From positions 219,453-259,452 of the forward strand of contig JBMHBY010000006.1 in assembly GCA_049890195.1 (NCBI GenBank): DNA of 40,000 nt, given 5' to 3'. The notes under the pieces are model-generated. The model did not search any database. It had not been told where the DNA came from and saw only the letters and a program-made list of their open reading frames with translations. This DNA is from Parvibaculales bacterium (GTDB lineage Bacteria; Pseudomonadota; Alphaproteobacteria; RS24). Positions 17,101-24,555 of this stretch are shown in pieces (the stretch's first letter is position 1; each line of letters starts with the position of its first letter). The position numbers and the translations under genes are program-made.

Positions 17101-17131
17101 TGCTGAGATTTTGCTGAGATTGTGCTGAGAC
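17101..17131 (+). promoter_or_regulatory. Three direct TGCTGAGA(T/C) repeats at 11-bp phasing: candidate integrase arm-type sites (int-proximal end)
   Basis: TGCTGAGAT at 17101 and 17112, TGCTGAGAC at 17123. The same motif pair occurs at 24924-24943. Confidence 0.5.
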
Positions 17132-17142
17132 AGAGTTAATAC

Positions 17143-17170
17143 CCCCCCACCTCAAATTTTGAATGGGGGG
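17143..17170. promoter_or_regulatory. GC-clamped hairpin (CCCCCCA...TGGGGGG with inner TCAAA-T-TTTGA) about 20 nt upstream of int
   Basis: Read directly. Function unknown; it could be an insulating terminator or a protein-binding site. Confidence 0.3.
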
Positions 17171-17190
17171 CAGTTTAGGCAAGTAAGGAA

Positions 17191-18330
17191 ATGAGTAAGT
17201 TAACCAATAGATTAGTAGTTGCTGCCAAGCCGCCCGAGCACAAACGGTACGAAATGCTCTGGGACAGCGAAGTAAAAGGGTTCTGCTGCCGGGTCAGCAA
17301 AAGCGGGACAAAAACTTTCCTTGTTGAAAGACGCATCAAGGCGTCTGGCAAAATCAAACAACTCACTATTGGCAGAGTTCCGGAGTGGAGTGCAGAGCAG
17401 GCCCGTGAGAGGGCCAAAGAGATACTGCGTGACTTTGACCAACCAGACTATCTTGAAAAAACGCTACAAAAACAACATGCATTGTCTCTCGAACAGGCTG
17501 TTGAAAGATATATTGCCTCGCACCTGTTTGATAAAAGCGCACAACACAGAAATAACACCGCTTCATATCTCAGAAGATTTATTGTCCCACAACTTAAGGA
17601 CATCAAGATAGAAAAGCTCAAAAGACAGCAGCTCATGCCGATTTTCGATAAAGCCAAGAGAGATATATCCTCCCAAAGCGCGAATGCGCTATGGCGTGCA
17701 ACTTCCGGCTTCTTGAGCTGGTGCCTCAGACAGGAACTGATAGAAAATCATCCACTTCAGGGCATCAAACCGCCTGCCAAGAATATCTCCAGGAATAGAG
17801 TCTTAACACTGGATGAACTGCAGGCAATCTGGAGCGCTTCTGAGCACCTCTCACCACTATGGAAAGGGTTTATCAGACTATTGATATTAACCGGTCAACG
17901 GCGTGAAGAGGTTGCAGGCATGTGCAAGGCTGAAATCAGTGATAACTGGTGGCGTATTCCGGCCCACAGAACCAAGAATGAGAGAGAGAACTTGGTGTTC
18001 CTGACACAGCTGGCAGTCAGTCAAATGCCAAAGAGTGAACACAACCTCATATTCACGACAACTGGCACAACCTCAGTCTCCGGCTTTAGCAAGCTGAAAA
18101 AGCGCTTGGACAGACTCTCAGGCGTTGAAGGGTGGCGTATGCATGATATCCGCAGGAGTTTTGTGACGCACCTGAATGAAATGCAACAGCCAGCACATAT
18201 CGTTGAGGCTTGTGTGAACCATATATCCGGTACGAGAGCAGGCGTTGCAGGGGTCTATAACCGCGCAGAATACAGAGAGCAACGGCAAGAGGCATTCACC
18301 CAATGGTCTGAGGTGTTTGAAAAACTATGA
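17191..18330 (+). CDS. int: Tyrosine recombinase/integrase, P4-like with N-terminal arm-binding (DUF4102-like) domain
   Basis: 379 aa. N-terminus KPPEHKRYEMLWDSEVKGFCCRVSKSGTKTFLV. Catalytic motifs LTGQRREEV, HDIRRSF and GVYNRAEY. Confidence 0.93.
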   Translation: MSKLTNRLVVAAKPPEHKRYEMLWDSEVKGFCCRVSKSGTKTFLVERRIKASGKIKQLTIGRVPEWSAEQARERAKEILRDFDQPDYLEKTLQKQHALSLEQAVERYIASHLFDKSAQHRNNTASYLRRFIVPQLKDIKIEKLKRQQLMPIFDKAKRDISSQSANALWRATSGFLSWCLRQELIENHPLQGIKPPAKNISRNRVLTLDELQAIWSASEHLSPLWKGFIRLLILTGQRREEVAGMCKAEISDNWWRIPAHRTKNERENLVFLTQLAVSQMPKSEHNLIFTTTGTTSVSGFSKLKKRLDRLSGVEGWRMHDIRRSFVTHLNEMQQPAHIVEACVNHISGTRAGVAGVYNRAEYREQRQEAFTQWSEVFEKL

Positions 18331-18716
18331 GTAAAATCACACGTGAGCAACTAGACATACAAGATGCTTTTGAAGCTGGCGATTTGAAGCCATTTTTTGA
18401 TGAGTACGTTCTAGCCAATAAAAAACCGCCCAAGAGAATGATTGAGAGATTACAGTGGGTTATGACAGAGAGGTCTTTAACACCTGTTTTGAAACAAAAA
18501 AGGAGCGGACCAGCAAAGAAATCCGATATACCACTCTCACTGAAAATTGAATTTTTCGAACGTAAAGCTGAGCTACAGAAGAATACCAGCGCCACTGAAG
18601 CAAAGCATCAAGCGGCCAAAGAGTTTGGAATAAATACCAGAAAAGCTGACAAATGGCTTGCAGATGCTCAATACATTCACAATAGGCTTTTACAGGACGG
18701 AAAAGAATTTAGCTAA
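18327..18716 (+). CDS. Hypothetical protein with possible C-terminal HTH, translationally coupled to int
   Basis: ATGA overlap with the int stop. The C-terminal AAKEFGINTRKADKWL resembles an HTH. No family recognised. Confidence 0.55.
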   Translation: MSKITREQLDIQDAFEAGDLKPFFDEYVLANKKPPKRMIERLQWVMTERSLTPVLKQKRSGPAKKSDIPLSLKIEFFERKAELQKNTSATEAKHQAAKEFGINTRKADKWLADAQYIHNRLLQDGKEFS

Positions 18717-18722
18717 TTATGT

Positions 18723-19097
18723 TTAATTACAGTCCATGCCACCAAAAATATTTGGCACACAGCTAATGCCGTTGCTGTAATCCTGTCCACCGAAGATGTT
18801 TTTTCTTGAACTCACGCCGTTGCTGTAATCCTGTCCACCAAAGATGTTGCTTCTTGAACTCACGCCATTGCTGTAATCCTGTCCGCCGAAGATGTTACTT
18901 CTTGAACTCACGCCATTACTGTAATCCTGTCCACCGAAGATGTTACTTCTGGAGCTCACGCCATTGTTGAAGTCGCCTCCACCAAAAATATTAGGGTTGT
19001 AACCAACTTGAGCATTAGCTGTGACGGGGATATTAAAAGCAATAATGCAGGCAGAGATTGATAGGCCAATCATTAAGTTTTTTGAAAAGTTCATCAT
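18723..19097 (-). CDS. Secreted Gly/Asn/Ser-rich protein with six 16-aa NIFGG(Q)DYSNGVSSRS repeats
   Basis: Signal peptide ending ANAQ. Four near-identical 48-bp units plus degenerate units at either end. Two Cys at the C-terminus. Confidence 0.7.
   Translation of the reverse strand: MMNFSKNLMIGLSISACIIAFNIPVTANAQVGYNPNIFGGGDFNNGVSSRSNIFGGQDYSNGVSSRSNIFGGQDYSNGVSSRSNIFGGQDYSNGVSSRKNIFGGQDYSNGISCVPNIFGGMDCN
18767..18958. repeat. Four tandem 48-bp near-identical units, in frame within the 18723-19097 CDS
   Basis: Units at 18767, 18815, 18863 and 18911 differ at only a few positions. Degenerate units flank them. Confidence 0.9.
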
Positions 19098-19259
19098 TAC
19101 ACTCCTTCAATTGTGCATATCTATGACTATAGGCTACTTAATTGCCTTGTCAAAACCAGCAAAATCACACCGCAAATATTTACCCCTAATTAGAGTCGGT
19201 GCCAGTAAACCGTAGTGAATCCAATATGACCTCATTGAAACTTTTCAAAGAGGCAAGTC

Positions 19260-19493
19260 ATGGAAAACTATCTAGACCGAAGAGACGCGGCACTTCATCT
19301 CACTAATGCTGGCATCAGCATGTCAAAATCAACCCTTGCAAGAATGGCTATGAAAGCCGAGGGACCCAAATACGTAATTATCCGCCATAAGGCATACTAC
19401 AAACCTGAATGGCTGGAAGAGTGGTTGAACAAATACCTACCCTCATCCTCTGCCCTCGAGCATATGGCACGTAAAGGGGTTGAAGATGTCTAA
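19260..19493 (+). CDS. Small HTH DNA-binding protein (AlpA/excisionase-like)
   Basis: 77 aa. RRDAALHLTNAGISMSKSTLARMA resembles the HTH_17/AlpA type. It sits upstream of the replication gene, as in P4-like elements. Confidence 0.55.
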   Translation: MENYLDRRDAALHLTNAGISMSKSTLARMAMKAEGPKYVIIRHKAYYKPEWLEEWLNKYLPSSSALEHMARKGVEDV

Positions 19494-19728
19494 AAAGCCT
19501 ACTCTAGTAGCTCTTTCTGAAGTAACTGACCTTACACCTTTACAAGCTATACGTGCGAACTGCATCGAGTGTTCTGGCAACTCTAGTAGAGATGCAGATA
19601 CCTGCCACCTAACAAATTGCAAGCTTCACTATTACCGGTTCGGGACTAATCCGAACCGGAAGGGGATTGGCGGACAAAAGACACATCGTCGCCAAACTGA
19701 GGTGCTTAACGATGCCCAGAAGAAATAA
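19480..19728 (+). CDS. Small Cys4 (CxxC-x10-C-x4-C) zinc-finger-like phage/island protein
   Basis: IRANCIECSGNSSRDADTCHLTNCKLHYYRFG. Overlaps both neighbouring genes. Confidence 0.55.
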   Translation: MKMSKKPTLVALSEVTDLTPLQAIRANCIECSGNSSRDADTCHLTNCKLHYYRFGTNPNRKGIGGQKTHRRQTEVLNDAQKK

Positions 19729-21556
19729 TGAGCTCGTTCAGCTAGCTCTGGAAATATCAAAAGATATTCCTGTATTTCCTTGCGCACGCAATAAGAAGCC
19801 TGTTTGCAAAGGTGGTTTCTATGACGCCACTCAGGATGCCGACAAAATCAAACAGCTTTTTGCAAATAAGGATGCTGCCCTAATCGGTATGCCGACGGGT
19901 ACAGCCTCAGGTATCTCGGTCATCGACATAGATGTAACCAATGGGAAACAGGGTGAAAATTGGAAGCTGGAAAACGCTGAAAAACTCGGAGTTACTTGTA
20001 TTGCTTCAACCCCATCTGGCGGATACCACTACTACTATCAACATCTCGATGGATTGCGAAACACGCAAGGCATTGATGGGTGCGTAGACATACGCGGTGA
20101 GGGCGGATATGTCATTCACGCAGCTTCACCAGGGTATGGCTGGCTCAAAAAAGATGAGGCACTGGCTCCGTTTCCGAAGCATTTCAGCACTACAAATCAA
20201 ATAATAGAGCACCCCAAAGGCAATCCGCCCACACTTAGCTTGGAACAAATGACCAAGCTACGAGACGATTTCAATGGAAATAACTGGAATAAAATTGTTT
20301 CAAAGATATGTTACAGCGCTTTTGAGCAAGGCTGGAGCAATCACCAATTCCGAGAGTTTATTGCACCAATTTGCAACTTAGGGGTAACAGACCCTGACCT
20401 CGACCCTATTGTTGACAGTGTTCGTAGGACACGGGGAACATTTGATAGCGGCGAAAAAACGCCACCCCCCTTTCCCGGCAAAAAACATCTACCACTGACC
20501 CCGATTGGCATTATCCAGTCTGAAAAGTTGAAGCCCAGAGAGCTGATACACGGGCTTGATTACATCGCTGGCACCATTTCTTTAACTGTTGCCGCTGGAG
20601 GTGTCGGCAAATCTATGGTTGTTATCCAGGAGGCCTGTGCAATAGCAAATAATGGCAACAAAGTAATGTTGCTGATGCTTGAGGACGATTTGAACGAAGT
20701 TAAGAGGCGAGTAAAAGCCTGTCTCACTCATCATGGCTATGACGAAGCTAAAATCGCTGAAAATCTTATCGTATTGAGCGAGGAAACGAGACTTACAATC
20801 GCCAGAGTTGAACATAACCATCCCGTGGCGGTTGATGGTCACTTAATCCGAGAGGCAGCAATGCAATTCGGTGCACGAGTGATTATAGCGGACCCTTTTG
20901 TTCAAACACATGAAATGAACGAGAACGACAATGGACAAATGAACTTTGTCGCTGACCAATTCCGTTCCATTGCAAAAGAACAGAATATCGCTGTTATGTT
21001 GGTCCACCACACGCGCAAAGGGTCAGAATACGGCACTCGTGGAGAGAATGCCCGGGGTGCATCGGCACTGAAAGATGCGGCAAGAAGCGTAAGAGAGCTT
21101 CGGCAACTGGGTGAAACTGAGGCAAGCGAGCTTAATATCGACGCTAGTTTTGCACATGAAATTATTTGCTTAGACCATACGAAAGCCAATTATACCAAGC
21201 GTGCAGAACTACGATATTTGAGAAAAATACCTGTTTTACTATCTGAGGCTTCGCAAAAGAGTCAAATCTCAGCCACAGTCGAGGCATATATTCCCGAAAC
21301 CTACGAGGACCTCGTCACAGACGAACATCGCAATGAAATCAGGCAAATGATTATCAAAGCGCGCAAAGATGAAAAGCCTTACGTCAAGAACCCGCGCAAT
21401 GGCTCGCGTAATATCTACAAAGAGGCACAAGCGAAGATGGGTTTGCCACTAGTTGCCATCAAACGCATGGTTTCAGAAATGTATGAAGGCGGTGTTTTGG
21501 AAAAGCGCAAGTATGGTCGCAGCGAAGCGGCGCTGGCAGTTGTGGGCATTGAGTAA
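19712..21556 (+). CDS. Replication protein: bifunctional primase-polymerase (Prim-Pol) N-terminal domain fused to a RepA-like AAA ATPase
   Basis: VIDIDV (DxD), GGYHYYY and DIRGEGGYVI motifs. Walker A AAGGVGKS and LVHHTRKG. I chose the ATG at 19712 (MPRRNNELV). Confidence 0.85.
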   Translation: MPRRNNELVQLALEISKDIPVFPCARNKKPVCKGGFYDATQDADKIKQLFANKDAALIGMPTGTASGISVIDIDVTNGKQGENWKLENAEKLGVTCIASTPSGGYHYYYQHLDGLRNTQGIDGCVDIRGEGGYVIHAASPGYGWLKKDEALAPFPKHFSTTNQIIEHPKGNPPTLSLEQMTKLRDDFNGNNWNKIVSKICYSAFEQGWSNHQFREFIAPICNLGVTDPDLDPIVDSVRRTRGTFDSGEKTPPPFPGKKHLPLTPIGIIQSEKLKPRELIHGLDYIAGTISLTVAAGGVGKSMVVIQEACAIANNGNKVMLLMLEDDLNEVKRRVKACLTHHGYDEAKIAENLIVLSEETRLTIARVEHNHPVAVDGHLIREAAMQFGARVIIADPFVQTHEMNENDNGQMNFVADQFRSIAKEQNIAVMLVHHTRKGSEYGTRGENARGASALKDAARSVRELRQLGETEASELNIDASFAHEIICLDHTKANYTKRAELRYLRKIPVLLSEASQKSQISATVEAYIPETYEDLVTDEHRNEIRQMIIKARKDEKPYVKNPRNGSRNIYKEAQAKMGLPLVAIKRMVSEMYEGGVLEKRKYGRSEAALAVVGIE

Positions 21557-21558
21557 CT

Positions 21559-21601
21559 ACAACAACAATAAAAACGCCTATAACAATGTTATTGTTGTTG
21601 T
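21559..21601. promoter_or_regulatory. 13-bp perfect-stem hairpin (ACAACAACAATAA-N17-TTATTGTTGTTGT) followed by a CAACAA-rich tract: terminator or candidate origin
   Basis: Read directly. It lies immediately 3' of the replication gene. A second 8-bp inverted repeat, AACGCCTA/TAGGCGTT, spans the same region. Confidence 0.35.
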
Positions 21602-21993
21602 TACCAACAACCAACAATCAACATCGTCTTTAGGCGTTGGCAATTGCTGAGGTCTTTGCTTGCTTATTGTCAATAATTAACAAGCCTCTGAAAGTTCATA
21701 ATCTTGGAGGACTGTGATTATCAAGACGATTGATGTAACGACCATTGTTTAGAAACATTTTCTTTGCCGAGAAATCTATCTCGAGGTTCTTGCTTTTCAC
21801 CCTTTTACCAGCGGCTTCGTACATGAAAAGCGGCTCCCAACAACCAATTACCCAAACATAAGCTTCATCGCCCTCGCAGGCTTAGCGGTGATTGCAGCCA
21901 AATACGGTGATTAAGAATTTTTTGCCTCACTAAGATAAGTGGGGTCAGGCAAAGGTGGTCTGCCGTCGTCTCCAATAGCGGCGTCAGACTTTC

Positions 21994-22179
21994 CTACTTC
22001 AGGACAAGGTGAATGAACAGCAATGCAAAAATTGAATTTATGCTGGCGGCAATAAAAACCTGCCTGCCCCCAGTGGCCTCTTCTTGCAATCCGAAAAGCC
22101 ACACAAGCAAAAAAGCCGTGCCATACCACGCAGCGAAACAGAGTATTAACGTTCCCCACCAAGTTAAATACCAAGACAT
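21994..22179 (-). CDS. Possible small 2-TM membrane protein (61 aa)
   Basis: MSWYLTWWGTLILCFAAWYGTAFLLVWLFG... preceded by GGAGAaacgt. This call conflicts with other ORF models in the same region. Confidence 0.35.
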   Translation of the reverse strand: MSWYLTWWGTLILCFAAWYGTAFLLVWLFGLQEEATGGRQVFIAASINSIFALLFIHLVLK

Positions 22180-22190
22180 ACGTTTCTCCA

Positions 22191-22355
22191 ATGACCAGAT
22201 ATGTATATAAAATACTAGGCGAATGGCCGCCAGAATACAAAATAAGCATCGCTGATGAAATCAACAAGCTAGGCAATGACGGCTGGGAACTGAACTGCGC
22301 TGCTTTTATTTCAAACGCATGCGCACGACTTCGATGGACGCGGTTGATGAGGTGA
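22191..22355 (+). CDS. Possible DUF4177-like small protein (54 aa), not in the ORF track
   Basis: My translation: MTRYVYKILGEWPPEYKISIADEINKLGNDGWELNCAAFISN... The YxYK and LGxxGWEL pattern is typical of DUF4177. No obvious RBS. Confidence 0.4.
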   Translation: MTRYVYKILGEWPPEYKISIADEINKLGNDGWELNCAAFISNACARLRWTRLMR

Positions 22356-22371
22356 TTGATTAACACTACTT

Positions 22372-22740
22372 CTAATTCAAATCAGAGCAGGTAAGGTTTT
22401 TCTGATAGCCAACTGACCCAGACAGATAATGAATAGTTATGGTTAAAGGACCAATCTGCGGCACCACCATAATGTGCTGAAGGTCACTCGCAGAATACAT
22501 TTTGACGTTATCTATATTCTGAATTTCTTGCCATTCGGAAGCTTTCTTGGCACCTCTAACTTTTACTGAGGCCTTATTTCCTAGAAACCTTACTGTATGA
22601 GACTTTAGATTTGTTGAAATTATTTCCCCAGTCTCAAATTTGGCCAAACGTTCTTCGGCGTCACAAATTAGCGTCTTATCGCCAAACGCCACCACAGGCG
22701 TCATAAACAGAAGCGTGAGGATGGTTAAGAAACGGGTCAT
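22372..22740 (-). CDS. Small secreted protein (122 aa), member of the shared-signal-peptide family
   Basis: The internal ATG at 22740 gives MTRFLTILTLLFMTPVVAFG. The mature part is unrelated to the other family members. Confidence 0.6.
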   Translation of the reverse strand: MTRFLTILTLLFMTPVVAFGDKTLICDAEERLAKFETGEIISTNLKSHTVRFLGNKASVKVRGAKKASEWQEIQNIDNVKMYSASDLQHIMVVPQIGPLTITIHYLSGSVGYQKNLTCSDLN

Positions 22741-22781
22741 TTTATGGACAATCGTGAGGTGAAATACAACTAGTAATCTAG

Positions 22782-23240
22782 TCATTGACTTAACACGGTT
22801 GAGCAATTTCTTTGTTGATACTCATTTTCAGCAAAAGCTTTCCAGTAGTTATTATCTTTGTCCAAATCCCGCACTGGGTCAAAACTTCTCTCAAAAATTT
22901 GTCCAAGCTGAAAATCGATTGGCTGCTTAGACAAAACTCCCCACCAGTAAAATGGTATTTTGTTAACTTGCTCTTGAGATAATTTATTCTCAAGCAACGC
23001 TTTGAGAAATACTCTCCCTTGCTCAATTGCCTTACTCATTGGCTCACCCAAAGCTTCTTTGTTTTCACCTGCATAATTAGCAAGATGAATGCACTCAAAT
23101 ATTACATGGATATTTCTGGGCGTTTCTAGGCTTATTTGCTGACTGTTTTTTGCACTTCTATCAGACGCAAAGCTAAAGATAATTATAAATAACAGACCGA
23201 AAACCGCAGTCATTGACGTAACAATTATCTTACTTGACAT
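22782..23240 (-). CDS. Hypothetical membrane-anchored or secreted protein (152 aa)
   Basis: ATG at 23240 preceded by GGAGGAG. N-terminal hydrophobic segment AVFGLLFIIIFSFA. No family recognised. Confidence 0.6.
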   Translation of the reverse strand: MSSKIIVTSMTAVFGLLFIIIFSFASDRSAKNSQQISLETPRNIHVIFECIHLANYAGENKEALGEPMSKAIEQGRVFLKALLENKLSQEQVNKIPFYWWGVLSKQPIDFQLGQIFERSFDPVRDLDKDNNYWKAFAENEYQQRNCSTVLSQ

Positions 23241-23521
23241 GCCCACCACTCCTCCGTTTCCTCCAAAGGTGCATTATTGTCGTTAGATTTTGCTTTCTTT
23301 AGCTGAATAATTTCTCTGTCAAACCTACAAACTTTTGAAACTACGGAATAAGCATGATTTCCGAGTATATCGGCAATAGAACCACTTGGACATGATTGAA
23401 CAGCTTTCTCAACCTCCAGGTAGCTCATCGAAGTATTTATAACAATAAGACAGGGGGTTTTCTGTGTAGCGAATGAAGGCGAAGCAAACAGAAGCGCAAT
23501 AATGGTGACTATGCGTGTCAT
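23225..23521 (-). CDS. Small secreted Cys-containing protein (98 aa), member of the shared-signal-peptide family
   Basis: Signal peptide MTRIVTIIALLFASPSFA. The start overlaps the stop of the 53-aa ORF (ATGA). Confidence 0.7.
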   Translation of the reverse strand: MTRIVTIIALLFASPSFATQKTPCLIVINTSMSYLEVEKAVQSCPSGSIADILGNHAYSVVSKVCRFDREIIQLKKAKSNDNNAPLEETEEWWACQVR

Positions 23522-23679
23522 CTCTTATCCTTTTTCTTTTGTCTTTCAGCCGCTGCAACTTCGCCCCTTAACGACCTTGCACTACCCTCATAGGGCTTGG
23601 TGTTGTCCCATTTCATAAGCTCCATTGCCCAATCTTTAGGCCGCTCGTGTGGCTTTTTCTTTTCATCCTCTTCGGTCAT
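23518..23679 (-). CDS. Conserved 53-aa Lys/Glu-rich protein, not in the ORF track (copy 2)
   Basis: My translation: MTEEDEKKKPHERPKDWAMELMKWDNTKPYEGSARSLRGEVAAAERQKKKDKR. Same length, RBS and stop-start overlap as copy 1. Confidence 0.6.
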   Translation of the reverse strand: MTEEDEKKKPHERPKDWAMELMKWDNTKPYEGSARSLRGEVAAAERQKKKDKR

Positions 23680-23706
23680 AAAAGGCTCCTATTGCAGGCG
23701 ACGTAA

Positions 23707-24522
23707 TCAGTAGCATGTTGTAGTCCCATACCCTCCGCCATATGAGGATGTGCAGGTAGTTGGCCTTAAATTCATAATTGTATTTGATAAGTTCGACATA
23801 CCCTGCATTTGTAGTTGCCGCGCTTGAGCCGCTTGTTGACGTTGATTAGCTTCTATTTCTGCGCCTGCTTTACCGAGCTTATTATTAACTTCATTCATTG
23901 AGATGGCATATTCGCCAAATGTTGTTTTACCCTGTGAGAGCTTGACCAGCGCTGCTAATTCCTCGGTAAGAGCAACATTCAAAACTCTTTGCGCTGAAGG
24001 CTCGAAATTCGTAATTCGAAGCGCCTCACATTCTTCAACTGCAGCCCCATAGATAGAAATTGCTTTTGACTCACGAGCAGATGGTTTATTTGCGTTCCCC
24101 AATTGGGCAAACGAGAATGTTTCACCTTCGGGAAAGAGTTTGACACTTAGTTTGTCTAAAAATTCTTCGCCAAAACCAGAAATAATTTGTTTTCTTGATT
24201 TGCTGTAACACTCTGCAGTTTGCTGAATGTCGAACTTTGGCACACACTTGAATTCAACACTAGACATCCCAGCACCTACTGCATTCAAGGCGCGCTCACG
24301 CTGATTTTGCTTAACAGCTATTTTTCCTAACTTCTCACAGTGAGCTTTTGCCTTTTCAATTGCTAAATTGCTAGCTGCGGATATACCTCCAGCTGCTGGT
24401 GCGGCTTTAGCTGAAACACTAAATGTGCCCTCACTTGAGACAATAACGTCACTCGTTGTAGTGCATGCAGCAATTAATGGCGCAATTAAAATAAGTGCAC
24501 CGAGACTGTGATTAAATTTCAT
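23707..24522 (-). CDS. Lipoprotein of unknown function (271 aa from the chosen start)
   Basis: MKFNHSLGALILIAPLIAAC contains a lipobox. Coiled-coil-like Q/A-rich region near the C-terminus. C-terminal CTSSYGGGYGTTTCY. Confidence 0.65.
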   Translation of the reverse strand: MKFNHSLGALILIAPLIAACTTTSDVIVSSEGTFSVSAKAAPAAGGISAASNLAIEKAKAHCEKLGKIAVKQNQRERALNAVGAGMSSVEFKCVPKFDIQQTAECYSKSRKQIISGFGEEFLDKLSVKLFPEGETFSFAQLGNANKPSARESKAISIYGAAVEECEALRITNFEPSAQRVLNVALTEELAALVKLSQGKTTFGEYAISMNEVNNKLGKAGAEIEANQRQQAAQARQLQMQGMSNLSNTIMNLRPTTCTSSYGGGYGTTTCY

Positions 24523-24555
24523 GACTAACTCTTTCAAATACATAGTTACTACCCT

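Noticed and set aside
18767-18958. 48-bp tandem repeats as a possible CRISPR array
   Set aside because: The units are directly adjacent with no spacers, in frame inside a signal-peptide-containing ORF, and no cas genes are present.
21911-22366. 151-aa minus-strand ORF as a real gene
   Set aside because: No RBS, no signal peptide or TM logic, and no motif. The opposite strand shows a DUF4177-like pattern and another frame has an RBS-preceded 2-TM ORF. It is kept as an open question in the findings.
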